A DNA stretch of 62,532 nucleotides, the filler included, from Stramenopiles sp. TOSAG23-2 (lineage: Eukaryota), in assembly GCA_900128395.1 (NCBI GenBank). It is 3 parts of 3 records of this genome, joined end to end, with 100 filler letters (N's around TTAATTAATTAA, not from the genome) between each part and the next. Parts side by side here need not be neighbours in the genome. Positions count along the whole stretch, not along the records: positions 30,474 to 60,817 come from LT649384.1; positions 60,918 to 62,532 come from LT652598.1; 1 more part is not named here. One strand, written 5' to 3'. The translations under genes were made by a program, and so were the position numbers. Positions 54,385 through 62,532 of this stretch are shown in pieces. Numbering within the stretch: position 1 is the first letter of the stretch; every line of letters starts with the position of its first letter. A model generated the notes under the pieces. The model was not told where the DNA came from. It saw nothing but the letters and a program-made list of their open reading frames with translations, and made no database searches.

Positions 54385-55872
54385 ATGGAGCCAATTGTTA
54401 TTGAATATGCCAAGTCTGGTAGATCCAAGTGTAAAGGTTGTGGACAGAAAATATTAAATAGAGAAGTGAGATATGGCCAACTTATTACTCATCCATATCG
54501 AAATGTAGAGTATTATGCATATTATCATATAGGTTGTGTTGAGGTACTAGGTACCGATGCTGCTATTGAAGAGGATATTGGTTTTTGTCGTGTTTGTGAA
54601 GGTGATTTTTCCACACCTTCAGTCATTATTAAATGTGATGATTTTATGGAACATGTCCATTTAAAGTGTTGTTCTGAAATATATCAACAACAAGCACCTT
54701 TTTGTGCAACCGTCGATGTAACAGATTTTGATAATTATGATGAATTATCGCAGGAAGATAAAGACAAATTATCAAAGGCTTTTGGCTCCGATTCGAATGT
54801 AAATAATAGTAGCGAAGAGGACGATGATGATGACGATGATGATGAGATCGAAGTAGTAGGTGAAACAAAAGGTGCAACTGCAGTTGCTGGTTCTACATTT
54901 TTAGGACATGATTTAGAAGAAAGCAAGCGTGAATTTGAAGAAGCTGAAAAAGCTGGTAATGTTGTTAATTTAATTTTAAGTGATGAAGATGATGAAGATA
55001 ATAATAATGATACTAGTAATGTAAAAGAATATAAAACAGATAAAGAAATACAAGATGATAAGAAAATAAAGCGTCAAAAAGAATTAGAAAAATTGCGTGT
55101 ACTAATGGATAGTGATGATGATGATGATGACGACGAGGATGAAGAAATTATACCGGTAAGATCGAATAAGAAGAAAAGACAAAGAAATACAATAACTATT
55201 GATAGCGATGATGATGACGATGATGGCGACGACGACGACGACGATGACGATGACGACGATGATGATGACGAGGATGAAGAAATTATACCGGTAAGATCAA
55301 AGAAGAAGAAAAGACAGAGAAATACAATAGTAATCGATAGTGATGATGATGATAATGATGATGATGTTGGCAATCATAATAATAATGTAAATAATGGTAA
55401 CAATAATTTGAATACTAATGTCGTTGTTAGTAGTACAACTGGTAGTAGTAGTAGTAGTAGTAATAATATTAATAGCAATAGTAGTAGTACTTGCAATGGT
55501 AATAGGAAAAATGAACAATTTATCTGTATAGTATGTAAAGCACGTACAAGACAAAGATGTTCAGCATGTAATAATATTTTTTATTGCTCAGGCGCTTGTC
55601 AACGGAAAGATTGGGTTTTTCATAAGAATGAATGTCTTCCACCATTGTTAACATCATCATCAGCAACAACAACAACAACAAGAAGTAATCCTACCAGAAG
55701 AGTTAGAAAACGTAAACAACCTACGACTTCAAGAAGGAAAAGAAAACGCAAAAGAGGTAAGCGACGGAAAAAGTCAACTGCAGCAACAAAGAAAGCTAAG
55801 GTTGTTAATAAAAATACACCAAGAGAAAGAGTTCGCAATGCCATAAAAAACTTCAATAAGAAGAAAGTGTAG
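54385..55872 (+). CDS. PARP-type zinc finger + acidic repeats + MYND finger protein
   Basis: IEYAKSGRSKCKGC..KI...VRYG...YHIGC; MYND CIVC..RCSAC..FYCSGACQRKDW..HKNEC; basic tail. Confidence 0.85.
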   Translation: MEPIVIEYAKSGRSKCKGCGQKILNREVRYGQLITHPYRNVEYYAYYHIGCVEVLGTDAAIEEDIGFCRVCEGDFSTPSVIIKCDDFMEHVHLKCCSEIYQQQAPFCATVDVTDFDNYDELSQEDKDKLSKAFGSDSNVNNSSEEDDDDDDDDEIEVVGETKGATAVAGSTFLGHDLEESKREFEEAEKAGNVVNLILSDEDDEDNNNDTSNVKEYKTDKEIQDDKKIKRQKELEKLRVLMDSDDDDDDDEDEEIIPVRSNKKKRQRNTITIDSDDDDDDGDDDDDDDDDDDDDDEDEEIIPVRSKKKKRQRNTIVIDSDDDDNDDDVGNHNNNVNNGNNNLNTNVVVSSTTGSSSSSSNNINSNSSSTCNGNRKNEQFICIVCKARTRQRCSACNNIFYCSGACQRKDWVFHKNECLPPLLTSSSATTTTTRSNPTRRVRKRKQPTTSRRKRKRKRGKRRKKSTAATKKAKVVNKNTPRERVRNAIKNFNKKKV

Positions 55873-56006
55873 TGTATCAAAAAAAAATTAAAATTTTTAT
55901 ATTTTTTCTGTTTTGGAAAAATTAAAAAAAAAATATATAATATATATATATATGCATATGATATGATAATCACATGTCATTAAGATCATATATATTAATG
56001 CATACT

Positions 56007-57968
56007 CTACGTACTCTTCTTTATTCTTTTATTTTCTCGAGCACCATTATGAAATTTTGCTATGCTTTCCTGTGATCTTATCGTATCATATTTTCTTAAT
56101 CTTGCTATGAAAAAACCAATTGTATCAAATTTCGAATGAGGATTAAATCGTCTAACTAAATTACATTGTTCAGTTGTTAAGCCATATCCTTCCATGCCTC
56201 TTTCACCAATTTGATTTACAGGAGATGGTAGAGGTATTAATTCTAATGGGTATTGCCTTAAAGTGTTTGCTATAACACATTCATTTTCCATTGGATTAAA
56301 CGTACATGTGCTATATACCATTGTACCACCAGGTTTTAATAAAAATGCAGCTGAAAACATTATACTTTCTTGTTGTGTTTGTATCCCTTTTAAAAAATCA
56401 AGTGTCAAATTTTGTTCCAATCGGGGGCGTAAACCTAGTGCAGAGCCTATATACATAATATATATAATAAATGGTAAAAATAGCTTTGTTAGAAGATGTA
56501 TTCTGTTTGTGTCATAAAGAATAGATAATTATTGCATAGACTTACATGGACCATCAAGTAATATCTTATCAAATGTTTCTGCAGGAAATCCTTTAATAGG
56601 TACAACGATATTTTCAATGTCATTAATATTGTTACCCTCATTATCTTTTCGTTTTAATTCTGCTTTTTCCCTTATAGTTGCATCAGCAACAATATCTGTT
56701 ACTGAATAAAGATCATCTCTCAATGATATTGTAGGATTTTGTTGTTGTTTCTTTTTTTTTGCTTTTCTTTTCAATAATGGTTTTAAATTTTTCTTTTTAT
56801 TCTTCTTCTTCTTATTATATCGATTGAAATAATTGATCATATATACCATGGATAAACCAAGATGCTTTTCATCGCCAATTATATTTTGTTTCACAATATG
56901 AAATGCATTGTTATTTGCTTGGTTATTTAAATTCTCTGATATTGATAAAGGTTCCATGGATAAATTATTCTTCTCCTCCTCCTTTGTCGTATTTTTTATT
57001 TCTTGCTCGTCTTTTTTTTGTGGCAATACTACTTGTGTTGAATCAGCATAATAAGCTTTTACTATTGTGATATTTAATGTTTTACATAATGATTTTATTT
57101 TCTTTACCTTTTTATATGATCGATCTAATGCTATAACCAGACCTTTATTATTCATTAATTGGGCTATATGCGTTGTTTTTCCACCAGGTGCAGCGCATAA
57201 ATCTAACACCAAATCGTTCTCTTTCGGAGCTAATGCATGAGGAACACACGCACTTGGTAAATTCTGCATGAATACTTGTTTAGATATAACGCCATTCATT
57301 GATGGTGCATCTCGTTTCCATCGTTTATTTACTTCAACTGCAAGGCCATCTGGCATACCACTTAATACTTTATTGCGTATCATTTTTAAATCACCTACAC
57401 CGATAAACACCACAGGAGCAGCTTTTAAAAAATAATCAACTGGTGTTCCTCTTGGTATTTTTTTATGAGTTAATGTTGCTAAAATGGTGACTTGCTTGCC
57501 AATTTTATTGCATCCTTTGGAAAGACTTAAAACACCTTTTGCATAAATATCACTTCCTCTTAAAACAGCCTCTGCACAACGTCTATCTATAATGCATCTA
57601 TAACCAGGTAAATCATTTTTATTTGGAAAATCATAATTAGCTTCAACAGACGGTATTAATATCATATCTTTTAATATAGGATGTTTAGTTGCATGTACAG
57701 GTTTTCTTCCAGTGATAGTGATCCGTTGATTAAATTCTTCTAACGCTTCATTCAATGAGATCAATACATTATCTATGTTATAATTTCTACTAATTCGACA
57801 ACACGTATATTTAGGAGGAGTTAATAACGATTTAGCTAATTGATCAAAATCTTTTTCACCAAATGCCGCTTTAAAATATTCACGTGTATCAGGTGGAAAC
57901 ACAGCACGTTCCGGTAAAGGTAATTCATACTCATCCCGATCAACGATATCTTTCACAAAAGTTGGCAT
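56007..57968 (-). CDS. NSUN6: NOP2/Sun RNA m5C methyltransferase with PUA domain, NSUN6-like; exons 57968-56546 and 56446-56007
   Basis: CAEAVLRGSDIYAKGV (PUA), QNLPS, LDLCAAPGGKT, spliced motif IV DGPCSALGLRP, motif VI YSTCT. Confidence 0.9.
56447..56545 (-). other. GT-AG intron, 99 bp, splitting the motif-IV Cys codon
   Basis: Minus-strand GTAAGT donor at 56545, TAG acceptor at 56447; T+GC restores TGC. Confidence 0.88.
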
Positions 57969-58283
57969 TATCTTCGTTCTATTTTCGGTACTATGGATTG
58001 TTGCTTCCTTTTTCTCTTCTCCACTTTCATTTGCATATATTCCTATACATTATCACTTCCTTTCTTTTGTAATATTAGAGCTATTATTATCGATAGGAAC
58101 GAGAGAGATGGTTGGTGTGTATTGATTGAGGAAGATCAATATGCCACACGTTTTGCGTGATGAGAGGAAGTAATATATAAAGAAAATATGGATATATACA
58201 TATATAAATATATATATATGTACAATATTAGATATAATCAAGGAAAATAATAATAACAATAATAATAAATAGATAACTACACA

Positions 58284-59330
58284 ATGAAACGAAAGATTGA
58301 TAATAACAATGATGAAAAAAGTGAACAATCTACTAAAATAAAAAAACGTTTTCATTGGCCATCCACACATGTAAAAATACAAGATGAGAAAATACAAGGA
58401 ATGTTAACGAAGAATAATAATACTAATAGTAGTAGACGGAATAGCAGTACTAGCAACAGCAGCAGTAGTAGCAGCAGCATTGATAACAATAATAACAATA
58501 ACAATAAAGCAACTATGAAGAGTAGAACGTCTTTCTCGGTAAATACTACTACTAGTGAAACAATTGCTTTCGAAGATGAATTCAATGGACTTGCTGGCAG
58601 TATAAGTTCCTCTATTGGTTTACCATCCGATACGTTAGCTGCAATTCAAGTTTTGAAACAAGAATTTCCAAAATACAATAATTTAGCAGTTATACCAGTA
58701 ATGTTGGAACATCACATTTACAGCATAATAACTGATCGAACTGCTGGAATGAAGGAACTAGATCAATTAATCAGTGATAATATTTTGAAAAAGATCTATA
58801 TTACTACGAGAGACGATGACACAGCTATAATTTTTGTTGAAGATTATAAAAAGTTAATAAATGATATAATAAAAAAAAATAGGACAGATCAACGACGAAA
58901 AATAAACATTTTGAAAATATATTTAAATGCCATTGATAGTATAGGAAATCCAAGCATATCATTGGTTGAGCTTAAAAAAATATATACTGACAAAGACAAT
59001 CAACTAAATCACATAGAAATTTTACAATGTCTCAGGGAAGAAGGTTTGCTTATGAAACGTTGTATAATTGAAGGTTCAGAATCATTTTGGATTGCAATAC
59101 CTGGAATTGGTAAATTTTGTAAACAAGTTGTAGATGGTAGAAAAAAAATAGTCAGTATTATACGAAGATTACCGTTTCGAGAAATTTTAGAATTAGATTT
59201 ATTACAACGAAAAATTAAACATGTTGATATGAATATACAATTTTTTATACGTGATTTAATTGGTAGTGGTAAGATTATTTCATTGCAAACAACAAGTGGT
59301 AGGTTGTTCCGTTTACCAAAAAAGGCATGA
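58284..59330 (+). CDS. STK19: STK19-like winged-helix DNA-repair protein
   Basis: DTLAAI..L...FP..HHIYS...DRT..EL..L; FWIAIPGIGKF....GRK; FFIRDLIGSG....TTSGRLFRL. Confidence 0.8.
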   Translation: MKRKIDNNNDEKSEQSTKIKKRFHWPSTHVKIQDEKIQGMLTKNNNTNSSRRNSSTSNSSSSSSSIDNNNNNNNKATMKSRTSFSVNTTTSETIAFEDEFNGLAGSISSSIGLPSDTLAAIQVLKQEFPKYNNLAVIPVMLEHHIYSIITDRTAGMKELDQLISDNILKKIYITTRDDDTAIIFVEDYKKLINDIIKKNRTDQRRKINILKIYLNAIDSIGNPSISLVELKKIYTDKDNQLNHIEILQCLREEGLLMKRCIIEGSESFWIAIPGIGKFCKQVVDGRKKIVSIIRRLPFREILELDLLQRKIKHVDMNIQFFIRDLIGSGKIISLQTTSGRLFRLPKKA

Positions 59331-59702
59331 GAGAGAGAGAGAGAGAGAGAGTTTTCGTATATCAATGAGATATAAAATGTTAAGAGAATTATGAATATAT
59401 TACTTCGTACGAAGTATGATATATTTTATATATTCACCCTAGTGTGAAATTAGATATTATTGAGCCTCAGTTACATCATACTTTTTTTAAAGAGTACGAT
59501 TCGTAGGAATTATCACGTGAGTAAAATTAATTAATACGTACGAAGCGGGTTCGTATATTTTTAATGTATTTTTTAAAAAAATTAAAAAACTTATTGTGTA
59601 CGAACGAAGCTTCGTATTTTAAATGGGATATTAGCTAACCACACCAAGTTATGAAAAAATGTACAAATATTAATTGCATATGCATATCATACGCGTGCGT
59701 CC

Positions 59703-60817
59703 TTATTCCGCAGTCGCAGCATTTTGAAAAATTTCTTTAACAATTTTCGGCAATTCAGACATTTCCAAAGCTACATAACCACGACCAAGTGGCATTTCAT
59801 CTGCCAACCACTGAGCGGCACTTTCTTCCGCTAAAAAAATTGCATGGCCTTGGACATTTTTTTGACTTGTTAAAGCTTTTGTCATATGACTTGGACTAAT
59901 TCCATATCGACCTAAATTAGCATCAGAAAATAGAAATACTAAGTAATCATCCCCCTTTTCCTTTAAAACAGATTTTATAGCAGCTTGTGCAGCTAAAAGC
60001 GATGCATCGCCAGTTGTCGCCCCTCGTGAAGTAGAATATAGTTTTTCCATTATTTTGATACGATCTTCATTAGACGTAGGCGGATTTCCAAACTCAATTA
60101 TAGATATATCTGGTCCTGTGCCGGAATGACCAACTACTGAATAATCAAATTTATGCGAAAATCCTTGCAAAGCTTCCATAAACATTATTATACACATAAC
60201 CATACGATCAAGTCGTCCATCCCAATTATTCATCCTTGCCATTGACGCTGAAAGATCGACAGCAAATACAATGCGCTTAGGTTTACCTTGGTATAAACCA
60301 TGTTTCTTATCCGGTGTCCCACGTTTACGGTACACACGTCTTTCACCTGTAACACTATCAACAAGACGATTATCATCTAAATCACCTTGCAATTGACCAC
60401 GAAGCCATTCGCGCTCATTCTCCTTTGCCTCTGCACTTTCAAGCACTACACGCATTTGATTTACTTCGTTTTTAACTTGGTTTAGTAATTTGCTATATAT
60501 GCGAGTTCCTGTCTCCCTGCCCCCTGATAAAGGAGATTCAAGTTGTGATGCATCTTTTTGCTTTCGATTATCCACGGGCAATGATGCTTCCAGCAATCTT
60601 ATTAACTCATCAGTATCAGTATCCATAGATGACAGGGCTTCCATAGTTGCTTCATTGTATCCACCAAATGAATTTGATGCCAAATCGCCACCGCTACCAC
60701 CACCACCACCGCCCGTTCCACCACCAGAGCCACCTGAACCGAAACCACCGGTTCCACCACTACCTGAACCACTACCTGATCCACTACCTGATCCACTACC
60801 TGAACCACTACCTGAAC
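59703..60817 (-). CDS. VWA8: VWA8-like protein, C-terminal part (cut by the contig end)
   Basis: EREWLR..QGDLDDNRLVD..TGE..VYRKRG; vWA MIDAS VDLSASM; DGRLDR; VGHSG; FSDANL.RYGI; preceded by a Gly/Ser tract. Confidence 0.85.
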
Positions 60818-60917
60818 NNNNNNNNNNNNNNNNNNNNNNNNNNNNNNNNNNNNNNNNNNNNTTAATTAATTAANNNNNNNNNNNNNNNNNNNNNNNNNNN
60901 NNNNNNNNNNNNNNNNN
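60818..60917. other. Artificial contig linker (44N + TTAATTAATTAA + 44N)
   Basis: Same structure as 30374-30473. Confidence 0.98.
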
Positions 60918-61060
60918 TATTCTTTTAGTATAAATTGACCCTATTTATCCAAATATCGTTAAATTTTTATTTATTTTTTCTAACGATTGTTTTCGTCAAT
61001 ATTACTACAGAATTTACTATGATAATCCCTTGTATTTTTAATAATTGTCGAATTTTGTTC

Positions 61061-62504
61061 TGACCGAAATTGATTTCGGTCACTCCCGAAAAAAATACAC
61101 TCATACACTCCATCCAAAGCGGACATTTGACATACAAAATGATATTAACAAAGTCCACTTTGTTAATGGAATCGAATAGAGTAAATTCTACAGAAAATCC
61201 CAGAGAAAAAAAAATAAATACAAAATGTTTTACGAACGAGTAAAGTCATGGCACACACTATTACCAAATGTATCCAATTTTTAGCTGTTTTGCAGGGATT
61301 CCTAGCGAAATCTATCTGAATATTCGGATATATTCCACAAAGGGCACTTTCCAAAAGTAGCAAAAATTACTTGCTATTTCCTTGCTAGCTAATGCAGGCG
61401 GAATCCTGCAATGTAATCTATCCGAGTTTTCGGATAGATTTGGGAGGAAATTTGGACAAATAGCATTGAATAGCATTAGCGACATTTTCCATTGTGATGC
61501 GTTTTAATTCGTAATTTTCCCATGTTATACTTGAAAGCTTAAAGCATACGGTAAGCTTCGAATTTGCTATCAATTTACTATCTTTGTCGTTATTTTGTTA
61601 TTTTCCCGCATTTCTTGGAATCTTTTTGGTGATAAAGAAATATCCGAACAAATACTATAGAAATACTATTGACCCCAATGACAATATTTATACTACTATC
61701 CCTATGTTTAGTATATGGCAAATCGTATTAAGAACACACAATTTCATTTATTTTTGCTTTTTTAAAAGCACATTACATAGGATTACTATTGAAATTTAAT
61801 TTCTACTTACACTATTTCATAATTTTAAAATGGAATTTGCTAAAGTCCATACTATTTAGGTCATTTATCCTTATTACTATACAATTTAAATTTGATATTT
61901 TAGCATACAGCTTAGATAGCATCAACCAAATCGATCCTGGACAAGTATCGATTCTGTACTGTAGTCGTCCTTAAACTATAACACTTGGAAATCATGCCAA
62001 TATACAATATATCATGATCCATATCATACATCGATATAAGCATGATGTGTGTTGATGGAAGTAACAATTTTGGAGGAGCACTTTGCATAATGTATGAATA
62101 TTTACTGTCTTGCATAGTTTTCCATGAAAAGGAATATAAAGACAAATTGTGCTGCGCGGCTTCGTACATAGAAATTTATATGATATATACAGTATGTGTA
62201 TATGTGTCTTTTTTTTAAGTGAAGTAGCCATTATATCTAAGTTATATTTTAACCTTCTTGATAGGTCATTTTTACTTATTACTATACAATTTGACATCAT
62301 TAACTTTTTCCTCATCTACTCCAACACCATTTTAAAAAATAGCATCCACATAGCATTAACGAAATCTATCTTTTTTTTCGGATAGATTCTGTGGTGTTAT
62401 ACAAAATTATTTTTTTGACCGAAATTGATTTCGGTCAAAATACATAAAAAATAAAACTAATTATAATTAAAATTTTATGGCACACGATTTTTTTCGTGTG
62501 CCAT
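61061..62504. repeat. Non-coding region with multiple short inverted repeats, some reiterated
   Basis: Perfect 10-11-bp arm hairpins at 61061-61082, 61144-61167, 61415-61440, 62416-62437 and 62477-62504. Confidence 0.8.
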
Positions 62505-62532
62505 GCAGATTGTCCTATATGTTATACATTGC

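Noticed and set aside
61584..62385. Short ORFs in contig 3
   Set aside because: Overlapping on both strands with no recognisable domain; cannot be supported as genes.

Overview
AT-rich, gene-dense, intron-poor eukaryotic nuclear DNA (probably a protist; the lineage cannot be fixed from this window). Two artificial 100-bp linkers (44N-TTAATTAATTAA-44N, at 30374-30473 and 60818-60917) join three contigs, so adjacency across them is meaningless. Contig 1 holds RPT2, then a near-identical 10,867-bp direct duplication (2017-12883 / 13789-24655, offset 11,772). Each copy carries ankyrin, FERM-WW, flavocytochrome b2 ending in SKL, mitochondrial carrier and BAR genes. A 905-bp patchwork spacer with a truncated IS630/Tc1 transposase separates the copies. 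Each copy also contains an inverted copy of the RPT2 leader and first 8 codons fused to the 5'-truncated FERM-WW gene. A 156-bp-repeat ORF, a secreted Cys-rich RRLL proprotein and a crotonase start follow. Contig 2 holds a GATase/GDPD double pseudoenzyme, an EF-hand protein, RNF14, a PHM/DBH-type copper monooxygenase about 4 kb from a cytochrome b561, BDP1, a CH-SH3 protein, a large coiled-coil protein, a zf-PARP/MYND protein, NSUN6, STK19 and partial VWA8. Contig 3 is non-coding and rich in palindromes. All protein calls come from motif recognition by eye; no database searches were run.
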